This document shows positions 12,111 through 22,212 of a DNA stretch of 44,170 nt, in pieces. This stretch comes from Nemertoderma westbladi (taxonomy: Eukaryota; Animalia; Xenacoelomorpha). The notes below the pieces were generated by a model. That model worked only from the letters and a program-made list of their open reading frames with translations. It did not search any database and was not told the DNA's origin. Positions within the stretch are counted from its first letter, which is position 1, and the number at the start of each line of letters is the position of its first letter. A program made the position numbers and the translations under genes. The stretch covers positions 1-44,170 of the forward strand of contig JAUCBJ010001909.1 in assembly GCA_032718475.1 (NCBI GenBank), in the 5' to 3' direction.

Positions 12111-15100
12111 ATGAGTATACCCCCAAATACTGGACCTCCTGTAACGGATGATTATGACACTGCCGACGAACAAAGTCAGAGATTAAATAATACATCGCCA
12201 GACCCGATTGTTATGTCGGATCAAGGTAAGTCTGTAGACGACCCTGCAGTTTCAAGTATCCCAGATGCTACGGTGCAAGACCAGACAGAAGCTATGATTA
12301 ACGATGAAATCCCTGACGCTGTCAGCGAGGTAAGTAACTCAATACACGGCCCATCTATCAGTAAGCGTGCTGGAGGACATATGGCAAGTATAACCCGATA
12401 TACCAACCAAGTTTCTCAGCTATTACTAGACGAAAGCCAAGCTCTACACCGATGTACTCTTGTAACAATTCAAGATAATTATAACGAACTAATACGGAAG
12501 CATGTTGTCGAACTGGAGAGCCTTGTCGTCGAAGCTAAAAAACACGGTGAAAGGCGTACTCTAACACAGTTGTTTGAAAAACTGAAGGAATCTAGAGCTA
12601 ATATAATTAGGTTATGTGAACATTTTCATAAAATTCGAGTGGATAAAGGATTACAACTACTCGACGAATCAGCTTCCCAAGTAGATCCAAAGGATGACGA
12701 AGATGAAATCGAACAAGCGACTCTGAATTTTATTGACAAACTCACTCAATATTTACTCGAACAAGGAGTTATACTTCCTGGTTTACCATTACCAACCACT
12801 GCCAGTGTAAATGTAATTCCACAACGAATTGGAGCACGTGATATTTTGTTGCTGGGTTATGATGTGGAGCAGGCACATTCGAAGGTAGGTGGAGTATACA
12901 GTAATGTGTCAATAACCGAATCCCAAAGGATTGCTGCAAGGAATTTAGTGGAACAACAAAGACAATTACGAGAAGAACAAAAAAGGATTGCAACAGATGA
13001 AGTTTTACGTACACAAACTGCAGCCGCAGAAGCTGAATTACGTATGCTGAATTTAGAAATCGCCAAGTTGGATCGGGAGAAGGTTGCGTATAAGGCGACC
13101 GCGGATGCAGTAGCAGAAGCAGAGCGAATCAATCAGAAACGCTTAGAGCGAGATCGTGCTCTAAAATTACAGCGCATTTACCTCAATGCCGAAAGGTTAA
13201 AACGTGCTGGAATTGAAGCAGAAAAACAAGCTAATCTCGAGGCCAGACGGAATGAAATCGAAGCAGAACAGCGGCAACGTGTTGAAGCCCTTGAAGCTCA
13301 ACGGAAACAGGATTTATTAGAGAAGGAACAGCATCGCATACAAGCAGAACAGGAAAACCTAGAAGCTATCGCTCGCACACGGCGAGCAAACTCACTTCTA
13401 GATAGAATTGATCGTGTAGCATCATCTGTACGGAAGCACAATGCAGCTCAAGATCCGGATGACCCTGTAAGTAGGTTACATTTATTATCAGCTTTTAATG
13501 CGCGATTCCCAGGAGATGAATTGAGTACCCCTAATCCAGAAACACAAGCAGCAGTAAATGAAGAAGGTCTTGAGCAAAATGACGTCATACATGTACCAGT
13601 TAGAGCGGAGCCTGTGATTTCAGTCACACCTTATTTAGTAAAAGACAAAACATTAAACCTACGTGAGTTAGAGCTTTCAAGTTCACACCAACCAAGGATT
13701 TCATTAATTCCTAACCGAGGTGAGAAGGCAACTCGAAGAGAAAGTAAATACCATAATGAAATTAAACTTACTGCAGGTAGAGTTAGACAACATCCAACCG
13801 ATTGTGATTACCATTCACAGCAAGCAGGTCAGCTATCCAACAGAGGGAGGATTAATTTACCTGTAATTTGTGATCAATCAATAGAAAATTTCAGGGACCA
13901 AAATACATACCCAAATGGATGGGGTTATACAAATAGGAATAGTCAATATCGACCAAATATTGATACACCTGTAGTAGAAACTAAGGTGACAATGGAACAA
14001 TTAAAGGAGACTCTGAGGGAGTTCACTGAACCGGTGTTGCAACGAGTTCAAGAAGTTAGTGACAAGGTTGCGCGATCTGAAGACCGAAATGCAAAATTTA
14101 ATCGATTTCAATATAACACGGACTCCATGGATGGAGAAGCTTACACTCAACAAACCTGGCCTGGCAGGCCACATCCTTTTCAACATTATAATAACGATAG
14201 TGATCAAGGAAATGAAAAGGAAATAAGAACAGGTAAGTATTCTAAGCCAAGGAAAGATAAAACATTATTGCGCATGTCAACACAGAAGCCAGAAACATTA
14301 GAGACGATTCCAGTAACGGCTGATATGGTGACAGAGATTTCTCGATGGGCGGCACGCCAGGGATTACCACCTCAGAAACCTCCCCGTTTTTCAGGAGACC
14401 CAAAACACTGGAGGACCTTTAAGGAGTATATTGAGTCACAGATTATTGCTAAGGACTTTACAGCAACTGAGAAATTTCATTATCTTTTACAGTTATTAGA
14501 TAAGGAACCTCGTGGTTTAGCTTATTCATTTACCGGCAATCCTCGAGCATTTGTGCATTCATGGGAACGATTAAGTGATATCTATGGTAACAAAACTAAG
14601 ATGGCGATGTCTATAGTGGAAGAGTTAGGAAATGGCGGACCAATCACAAGCCCATATGAGTTGCTAAAGCTCGCAGATTCCATACAAAATGCAATCCATA
14701 TCCTTCCCACTGTAGGTTGTGAAGGTTATGGAGACCGTCCTGATGTACTTAAGGATATAATAAGGCGATTAGATTTGAGACACCGACAGAAATGGAGAAA
14801 ACTAGAAAGCAAGATAGAGGACCGAGGTCAAACATTACGGTTGAGCCATCTCTATGAATTAATCTCCCGCGAGGCCCTTGCTGAACTCAGATCGAATTAT
14901 TCCGAAGAATACCTGCAGGTAGAGAGACGTCCAGTTGGAAAACCAAAGACCACTTTTACTCCCGAACGATCAAAGTTCACTTTTAATTCGGTAGCTGATG
15001 CAATTTCTTCAAAACCAGATAAGAAGGTACCTGCACCTATTGGAATAACGTTAGAGCGGCAAGAACTGGCATCAGACTTCCGAGGTTGTCAATATTGTTT

Positions 15101-18100
15101 CCAGAAAGGTAAGAGTTATCAGGACCATAAACTCCAACATTGTACTAGTTTCACCAGATTGAATATAGACCAGCGGCGTCTGGCGATTAGATCCCTGGAT
15201 GCTTGTTGGAAGTGCTTGGAAAAAGGACACAAACGTCGAGATTGCCCGAACACACTTAATAAGGGTTGTAACAATTGTGGTAGGTTACATCACCAGTTAT
15301 TACATACAAAACAACATACACCTACAAAGCAGTTTCGTGCTGATCACCCAACATTAGTGTTGAAAAACACCAACACCATGAGACGCAATGTGACATTCAC
15401 AGGTATCGGAACAGACACTATCAGCGAGCAATCAGGTTCTTCAGATGGAGAAACGAGAACTGATACGGTGATTTCCGAAACAGCGAGTGGCCCAAACCCT
15501 AGTATAACTCTGCTAACACAAACTCAGTCAGCAGGTTTTAGTGTGGTGCCGGTGCGTATTCACGGTGAACTTGGCACGAAATGTATATACGCCATACTTG
15601 ATCCAGCGTCCACAAATAGTTACATAGATAAACAAGTTGCTAGCGTTGTTACGGATGTCCAGCAAGGTAAATGTATGGAATATCATATTAGTTCGATACA
15701 TGGGAGACAAGCTGTGCCTGTAACAAAAATCAAAATCACCTTAGACTCTTTGCTTCCAAGACACCTCCATACTCAAGCTGAGAGGGATATGTTACCTTTG
15801 GAAAATCTGACATTCCATGCAATGGAACATTTTATCAACCTTTTAGGCCCGGTCCCAGCTCCATTTCCAGAAGAGCGTGAGTATTTCTGTTCTCTGGGAA
15901 TACCTGAGTGTAAGGTTAATTATCGCAATATAGCTATGCTTATTGGATTAGACCAATTCAATATACATCAAATCTGGGAAACACGTCCAGCTATACCAAC
16001 ACCAGGTAAGCCATATGCTAGTCGTAGTGTAATAGGGTGGTATACTAGAGCACCAATACACCACGATCCTGGTGAAGACGACGGAACTACTGATGAAACT
16101 TATATTTCAAAGGCTAGAGATTATTTTTCGATATTGCCTAGTAACCAAGAATTGTCCTTTACAACATTACAGTGTGACAATGATTCACGTTGTGACAATG
16201 AATCACATTGTGACAATGACACACGTTGTGACAATGACTCGCATTGTGACAATGACACACGTTGTGACAATGACTCACGTTGTGACAATGACACACTTTA
16301 TGACAGTCACTCACAATCTGACAGTGGTTCACAGTCTGACAAGGACTCACAGTCTGATAGTGACTCTAAATTTGACAAGGATTCAAATTCTGATAATGAC
16401 TCACAGTGTGACAATGATTCACAGTATGACAGAGAATTACAGTACAGTGCAGCAGAAAATGACAGTATATTGGACGAAATTTTTAGTGCCTCTGATGACA
16501 CTGTTTCTGATGGTGATCATGATCATGATGGTATGACTTTAGAGTCCAGTCTACAACAATTGAACGAGCCGTATATTGCAGAGATCCTACCCATTTCTAC
16601 AAATTTATTAATACAAACTCGAGTCACTTCCATAGAAACCATTAAAAACCCAGCTTCATGTATAACTGAGCTAGAACAAGCATACGAATTTTTAGATATT
16701 GACAATGAAATGAATAGAAGGGTGATGAAGTGGTTAGAACAGGACACTGTGGAACCGGACAGCTATGACGTAGCCATGTCGGAGAATGAAAGACGGTCAA
16801 TAGAAATTATGGAAAAGACTATTAGACAACTTCCAAATGGACATTATGAAGTTGGAATGCTTTGGCGTGATGATGTACCTAAGTTAATTAATAATAGACC
16901 ATTAGCTCTACGTCGTTTACAATCTATTAGAGAGCGCCTTCTACGCAATCAAGTGGTACATGATCAATATCGTGCCCAAATTGATAATTACATAGAAAAA
17001 GGGTATGCAGTAAAAATGGAGCACCCTGACGTTATCAGTGACCAGACTTACTACCTCCCGCACCACTACGTAACTCACCCCAACAAGCCTGGAAGAGTGA
17101 GAGTAGTATGTGATTGTCAGGTAAAATACCGCGGGATGTCACTAAACTCACAGCTAATGGATGGTCCAAATCTTAATAACTATTTAATAGGAATTCTAAT
17201 GAGATTTCGACAACGGAGCATTGCCTTTACTTGCGATATTGAGGCAATGTTCCATCAAGTGTATGCATTGAAACGAGATACTGACAGTCTTCGGTTTTTG
17301 TGGTATCAGAATAAGGATTTGTCTGGCGAACCCTCTACTTATCAGATGTTGGTGAGGACATTTGGTGTAAGGGATAGTCCAAATGGCGCTCTTTTTGCAT
17401 TAAAACAAACAGCTATACGACAAGCTGATAGTTTTGACAAGGAGATTGTTGATACAGTGAAAAAGGACTTCTATACTGATGATGGCCTTAAGTCATGTGA
17501 TACAGAATGTCGAGCGATTGAGGTAGCACACGGACTTCAAAACTGTCTAGCCAATGGGGGTTTTCACCTTACAAAATTTATCTCTAATTCGACGGCCTTG
17601 ATTGCTTCATTTCCTGAAAAGGATCGTGGGAGCGGAGCGATTGAACTAGAATTCGAACCGATACCAGTTTCGAAGGTTCTTGGGTTGTCATGGGATCCGA
17701 ATAATGACAGTTTCAAAATCCGTGTGAGAATTGAGCCAAATGATGCAACATTAACGAAACGCATCTGTCTGTCAAAGATGAGTCGGTTATTTGATCCGTT
17801 ATGTTTTGTCAGCCCTATCATTTTACAGGCACGTATCGAATTACGTAAAATATGGCAAGCTGGATTAGAATGGGATGAACCAATACACACAGAACACGCT
17901 GATCAGTGGAATAAATGGGAACATCAACTACCCGCACTTGAGACACTAGAATTGCCGAGAGTCTATTTTCCAAAGCAAATAGCGTTTCCTACATTATTAC
18001 AATTACACTGTTTTTGTGATGCTAGTTGCAACGGACTTGGAGTCGTCGCATATTTCCGCAGAGAAACTCATCCCGGGCATTTTGAAACATCATTTGTAAC

Positions 18101-20507
18101 ATCGAAGGCGAAAACTATGCCAAACAAATTTATGACGATACCACGAGCTGAACTTCAAGCAGCTACGATCGCTATTGGAGTTGCAAAATTAATTAAACGC
18201 GAAATCGAAAGTGACATAACTGTGACCTATTGGACAGATGCGACATTAGTGTTAACCTATATAAACCATGATGACATTCAATTCAAAACTTTTGTTGCTA
18301 ACAGACGCGCACAAATTCTAGAATATTCCATTAAAGAAGATTGGAGGCATTGTCCAGGTACAGTCAACCCAGCAGATATCGCCTCAAGGGGGATGATGCC
18401 TCAGGACTTTTGCAAACCCGAAGTGCAGAAATTTTGGTTACGTGGCCCAGAGTTCCTGAGTAAATCCATAGAATTATGGCCCCCATTATTCGATTGTAAG
18501 TTAGGAATTCTTCCAGCAGAGGCAGAAGTTAAGGTTGAGAAAATCCGTAAATCAAGTCCAGAAATTCAAGTTTCATCAGTTCAATCACTAGGAGTTGACA
18601 TGGAGCGGATAGGTGATGACAAATTGGATTTCAATGATCAACCGACAACATTAGTTACGACTCGATCAATGACAAAGGCCAAGTTGGGTCCAGTTATACC
18701 AAACTCCGTCTATCAACAAAAACCAAATGAAGAAGAACTTACTAGGAAGATGGACCATATTGAACTAAAACAAGTGGATCCAACCAATACAAATATAATA
18801 AAGGAGGTAAATATCAGGAATAATGTGCCTGTTTTCAAATCGACATCTCATGAAACAAGTTCTAAGTTGGAAACTCGTAAACCCAGTAGCGAACACCGAA
18901 ATAGTTGTGAGGTGAACAAGTTTCCAGATCGATTTAAACCACCTGAGAGGTCGCAATCAATTGCGAAATCACCAGACGACTCCGCAAGATTTGTTTATGA
19001 TAGAATAATTAATATGACGTCATCATTTATAGATATATGCCGTAAGGTAGCCTGGATAAGACAATGTATCGCTAATCTGCGTGGGCGTGGAGGCCTATCA
19101 AGACATTTGTCTATAGGAGAGACAGATAGAGCAGAGTTCGATATTATTCAACATTACCAGCTCAGACATTTCTTGAGAGAATATCAACTTATCACTGAAA
19201 AGAAGGCTGTGACGTCATCGTCGCTTGTAAAGTGGAGTCCTACTATATATAATGGTCTTATTTGTCATAAATCGAGACTACAAGCCGCTGACATTTCTTA
19301 CAATTTCCTCTACCCAATCATAATACCACCTCACTTTGAATTACAACGTGCTTTGATTTTAGACGCACATATAAAACTGAAACATGCTGGTCGAGCACAC
19401 TGTCTGTCTTTTCTAAGAAATCGTTTTGTTCTTATAAAACCTAGCAAAGCACTGACATCCGTAATGAGTAATTGCATAACTTGTAAAACACTACACACTA
19501 GACTAGAAAAGCAAGAAATGAGCAACCTACCTCTAGCACGTGTGCAAGCACACCAGCCGCCATTTACCAATACTGGCGTCGATTGTTTTGGACCTTTTCA
19601 AGCCAAACGTGGTCGTGTAATGATAAAAAGGTGGGGTGCAATATTTACCTGTACCGCGAGTAGAGCCATACATATTGAACGTGTATCTGATATGACAACT
19701 AATGCTTTTATTTTAGCTCTTCGCAGATTTATAGCGAGACGTGGTTTAGTACGCGCATTCTATTCTGATCGAGGTTCTAACTTCGTTGGTGCAGACAATG
19801 AGTTAAAGCGGGCTTTAAACAGTATAGACTATGACCAGGTAATAACTGAACTGTCACCGAAACACATTGAATGGAACTTTAACGTCACTGACAGTCCATG
19901 GAGAGGAGGTATTTGGGAACGAATGATCCGTTCTATTAAACTCGCTATTCACAAAACCATTCCAATGAATAAAACACTCAATGATGATCAATTAATAACA
20001 TTATTCGCCGAGATCGAATCCGTGCTAAATTCTCGTCCTATAGCCCTAGCTGTCGATAGTGACGATAATGCGATCACATTAACTCCAAATCACCTTTTGA
20101 TGCAGTCACCAGCACCTTTAGTACCTGCTTCAATCCCAGCTGATAGCGACCTGTACAGCACCAAGAGCTGGAAAGTTACTCAGTTACTTGCTAGCAGATT
20201 CTGGGAGATTTGGCAGAAGTTCTATTTACCTTCTATATCAACCCGTACAAGGTGGTATAACAGCACACGTAATTTAAGGGAAGGTGACTTTGTGTTATTA
20301 GCGGAGAAAAATCTAAAGAAACATTACTGGCTAACTGGAATAATTACAAAGGTAAATCCAGACACAGACGGAATAGTTAGAACTGTCACAGTAAAAACCA
20401 TTGACAGACGAGTGATTGACCGACCAGTCCAACAGTTAGTATTGTTGGAAGAGTTTCGAGACAAGACAAGAGCTTATAAAATCTCTACAGTCTCGACATT
20501 GTCTTAA
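12111..20507 (+). CDS. BEL/Pao gag-pol polyprotein, 2798 aa, uninterrupted
   Basis: DUF1759-like gag (PPRFSGDPKHWRTF); three Zn knuckles (CQYC..H..C, CWKCLEKGHKRRDC, CNNCGRLHHQLLH); protease AILDPAS; RT (YYLPHHYV, DIEAMFHQV, FYTDD); Pao RNase H (FCDAS, IPRAELQA, WTDA, NPADIASRG); integrase HHCC plus GVDCFGP / SDRGSNF / WERMIRSIK. Confidence 0.97.
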   Translation: MSIPPNTGPPVTDDYDTADEQSQRLNNTSPDPIVMSDQGKSVDDPAVSSIPDATVQDQTEAMINDEIPDAVSEVSNSIHGPSISKRAGGHMASITRYTNQVSQLLLDESQALHRCTLVTIQDNYNELIRKHVVELESLVVEAKKHGERRTLTQLFEKLKESRANIIRLCEHFHKIRVDKGLQLLDESASQVDPKDDEDEIEQATLNFIDKLTQYLLEQGVILPGLPLPTTASVNVIPQRIGARDILLLGYDVEQAHSKVGGVYSNVSITESQRIAARNLVEQQRQLREEQKRIATDEVLRTQTAAAEAELRMLNLEIAKLDREKVAYKATADAVAEAERINQKRLERDRALKLQRIYLNAERLKRAGIEAEKQANLEARRNEIEAEQRQRVEALEAQRKQDLLEKEQHRIQAEQENLEAIARTRRANSLLDRIDRVASSVRKHNAAQDPDDPVSRLHLLSAFNARFPGDELSTPNPETQAAVNEEGLEQNDVIHVPVRAEPVISVTPYLVKDKTLNLRELELSSSHQPRISLIPNRGEKATRRESKYHNEIKLTAGRVRQHPTDCDYHSQQAGQLSNRGRINLPVICDQSIENFRDQNTYPNGWGYTNRNSQYRPNIDTPVVETKVTMEQLKETLREFTEPVLQRVQEVSDKVARSEDRNAKFNRFQYNTDSMDGEAYTQQTWPGRPHPFQHYNNDSDQGNEKEIRTGKYSKPRKDKTLLRMSTQKPETLETIPVTADMVTEISRWAARQGLPPQKPPRFSGDPKHWRTFKEYIESQIIAKDFTATEKFHYLLQLLDKEPRGLAYSFTGNPRAFVHSWERLSDIYGNKTKMAMSIVEELGNGGPITSPYELLKLADSIQNAIHILPTVGCEGYGDRPDVLKDIIRRLDLRHRQKWRKLESKIEDRGQTLRLSHLYELISREALAELRSNYSEEYLQVERRPVGKPKTTFTPERSKFTFNSVADAISSKPDKKVPAPIGITLERQELASDFRGCQYCFQKGKSYQDHKLQHCTSFTRLNIDQRRLAIRSLDACWKCLEKGHKRRDCPNTLNKGCNNCGRLHHQLLHTKQHTPTKQFRADHPTLVLKNTNTMRRNVTFTGIGTDTISEQSGSSDGETRTDTVISETASGPNPSITLLTQTQSAGFSVVPVRIHGELGTKCIYAILDPASTNSYIDKQVASVVTDVQQGKCMEYHISSIHGRQAVPVTKIKITLDSLLPRHLHTQAERDMLPLENLTFHAMEHFINLLGPVPAPFPEEREYFCSLGIPECKVNYRNIAMLIGLDQFNIHQIWETRPAIPTPGKPYASRSVIGWYTRAPIHHDPGEDDGTTDETYISKARDYFSILPSNQELSFTTLQCDNDSRCDNESHCDNDTRCDNDSHCDNDTRCDNDSRCDNDTLYDSHSQSDSGSQSDKDSQSDSDSKFDKDSNSDNDSQCDNDSQYDRELQYSAAENDSILDEIFSASDDTVSDGDHDHDGMTLESSLQQLNEPYIAEILPISTNLLIQTRVTSIETIKNPASCITELEQAYEFLDIDNEMNRRVMKWLEQDTVEPDSYDVAMSENERRSIEIMEKTIRQLPNGHYEVGMLWRDDVPKLINNRPLALRRLQSIRERLLRNQVVHDQYRAQIDNYIEKGYAVKMEHPDVISDQTYYLPHHYVTHPNKPGRVRVVCDCQVKYRGMSLNSQLMDGPNLNNYLIGILMRFRQRSIAFTCDIEAMFHQVYALKRDTDSLRFLWYQNKDLSGEPSTYQMLVRTFGVRDSPNGALFALKQTAIRQADSFDKEIVDTVKKDFYTDDGLKSCDTECRAIEVAHGLQNCLANGGFHLTKFISNSTALIASFPEKDRGSGAIELEFEPIPVSKVLGLSWDPNNDSFKIRVRIEPNDATLTKRICLSKMSRLFDPLCFVSPIILQARIELRKIWQAGLEWDEPIHTEHADQWNKWEHQLPALETLELPRVYFPKQIAFPTLLQLHCFCDASCNGLGVVAYFRRETHPGHFETSFVTSKAKTMPNKFMTIPRAELQAATIAIGVAKLIKREIESDITVTYWTDATLVLTYINHDDIQFKTFVANRRAQILEYSIKEDWRHCPGTVNPADIASRGMMPQDFCKPEVQKFWLRGPEFLSKSIELWPPLFDCKLGILPAEAEVKVEKIRKSSPEIQVSSVQSLGVDMERIGDDKLDFNDQPTTLVTTRSMTKAKLGPVIPNSVYQQKPNEEELTRKMDHIELKQVDPTNTNIIKEVNIRNNVPVFKSTSHETSSKLETRKPSSEHRNSCEVNKFPDRFKPPERSQSIAKSPDDSARFVYDRIINMTSSFIDICRKVAWIRQCIANLRGRGGLSRHLSIGETDRAEFDIIQHYQLRHFLREYQLITEKKAVTSSSLVKWSPTIYNGLICHKSRLQAADISYNFLYPIIIPPHFELQRALILDAHIKLKHAGRAHCLSFLRNRFVLIKPSKALTSVMSNCITCKTLHTRLEKQEMSNLPLARVQAHQPPFTNTGVDCFGPFQAKRGRVMIKRWGAIFTCTASRAIHIERVSDMTTNAFILALRRFIARRGLVRAFYSDRGSNFVGADNELKRALNSIDYDQVITELSPKHIEWNFNVTDSPWRGGIWERMIRSIKLAIHKTIPMNKTLNDDQLITLFAEIESVLNSRPIALAVDSDDNAITLTPNHLLMQSPAPLVPASIPADSDLYSTKSWKVTQLLASRFWEIWQKFYLPSISTRTRWYNSTRNLREGDFVLLAEKNLKKHYWLTGIITKVNPDTDGIVRTVTVKTIDRRVIDRPVQQLVLLEEFRDKTRAYKISTVSTLS
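16173..16442 (+). repeat. In-frame 18-bp tandem repeat (15 units) encoding (CDNDxR/H)n then (SDxDSQ)n between protease and RT
   Basis: TGTGACAATGAyTCACGT units decaying into TCTGACAGTGACTCACAG units with the 18-bp register kept. Confidence 0.9.
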
Positions 20508-22205
20508 AATATAAACGTTTAGGGCCTATCGAAATTCCATTGTTAATATGAACTCATTTCGTTCATAGGAGCGGATTATTGCCATTGAATGGAATTTCGA
20601 ACTAAGTTTCATTGTAGGCCTACGAAATAAAGTAAGAGTTGTAAATAATTATATTTCCTTTCACACATTGGATTGTCTTATGTAAAATATAAAAATAAGT
20701 CGTAATATTATAACATGGGAATTTCCAAAGGAGACCATAATGACGAGTTGTGTAAATTTTGTTTTTAGAAATAATAAAAAATAATAATCGAGAAGGACCT
20801 GTCTCACACGTACATTGGTACTACTGTCCAGCTGTCCTGGGGAGAGCATATCGTCTAGCGTACGTTGGACTAGCAAATCCCAGAATCAATTTATTGACGA
20901 ATTTCCCATTTTTCCGACAAACTTTGTGACAAATTAATTGACATCATTTATATTTTTTTTAAATGCAAAAATGTTTGTCTGTCCATTTAATTATAACAAT
21001 TTGTTATTTGGAGCGCAAATATTTTCAAAATTTAGACAGCTAGAAGGCATTGACTGAGCATGGCGGGTGTGGACCCTAGATGCTCTGGTGAACTCAAAGC
21101 CTTTCCTACCTAGACTAATCAGACTCTTTTAAGTTTCACAGAAGCTATAGAAGACTATGGTGCATTGACAATTATTTCGTTACCGCTACGCTACTACCGT
21201 TACGATCGTTAGAAAACCACAACCAACCAATCTATTGGGCGCAGAAGAGGTCTAAGGTTCTCACTTTCTGGAATGTTTCCTTCTGGTGGCCCAACCTTCC
21301 GCAGTACGTATGACGGATAAAGTTGAACATGTGACCGACGTGTCACATTTACGCGTTAAACCAGGATTAGGGTACGGTATCATAACCAGAGATGACCAGC
21401 GTATGCAATTCCAAATCCATGCCGTGAAGTTTGTCGTGATTGGCCCCGTCGAGGTCCAGTTAATATTCCGCTCAAACAGGACATTCCGAGACAATTTGTT
21501 AATAACGAAACTCGGCATACTTTCAACTAATTTACAATGCCCTTGATAATCCTGAAGACCACTATACAAGATTCGTTCTGTATGTGGTATCCCGTGACCT
21601 ATGATATCGATGCGCGCGCGTTTATTACAACTTATAATAATACTTATAATTATTTGTATTATAGTTTATTTTCAATCCATGAATTTACCTATGTTCTGAC
21701 CTCTAGGTAATTAATTGTATTTTATGATTATTTTAGTTTTGCTCGCGAGGGTGAATTATAACTAAGATGTAATTATAAATCTAACAATCTGAATTTTTCC
21801 CATATTTTTAACAATATTATGTAAGCAAAATGCATTGCTAATGAATGTAATTAACAAGAGTTATGGCATACTATTTCAACCAGTTTTGCAATATTTAACT
21901 ATTAATTAGTACATTAACCGAGGTGATTTGTAAACCTATGAGTGTATTAATAATTATATGATAATTGAATCGAAGTTTAAGTTAGTTTTATTCGATATTT
22001 TCTGCTCTATGATTCGATTGTTTACCTATATAATAATTGCTAACACTGCAATGGAAGTGTATTTGTGTATATTATGTTCACTCGAAGGAAGTGTTATGTA
22101 AGATTTTATACTTGTTTATTTCGATATTAGTTAGTTTATTTGTAAGGTGATACGGTGAACACGGTACTGGAGGTTATTCGTTGTTATAGTAACACGACGT
22201 AACCT

Positions 22206-22212
22206 GGAGCGG
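22206..22212 (+). promoter_or_regulatory. Short polypurine-tract-like plus-strand primer site (GGAGCGG)
   Basis: Purine-rich run abutting the TGT of the 3' LTR; short and interrupted by a C. Confidence 0.55.

Noticed and set aside
16072-16536. Overlapping (VTMTHV)n ORF and antisense Cys/His ORFs
   Set aside because: Alternative-frame shadows of the 18-bp repeat within gag-pol.
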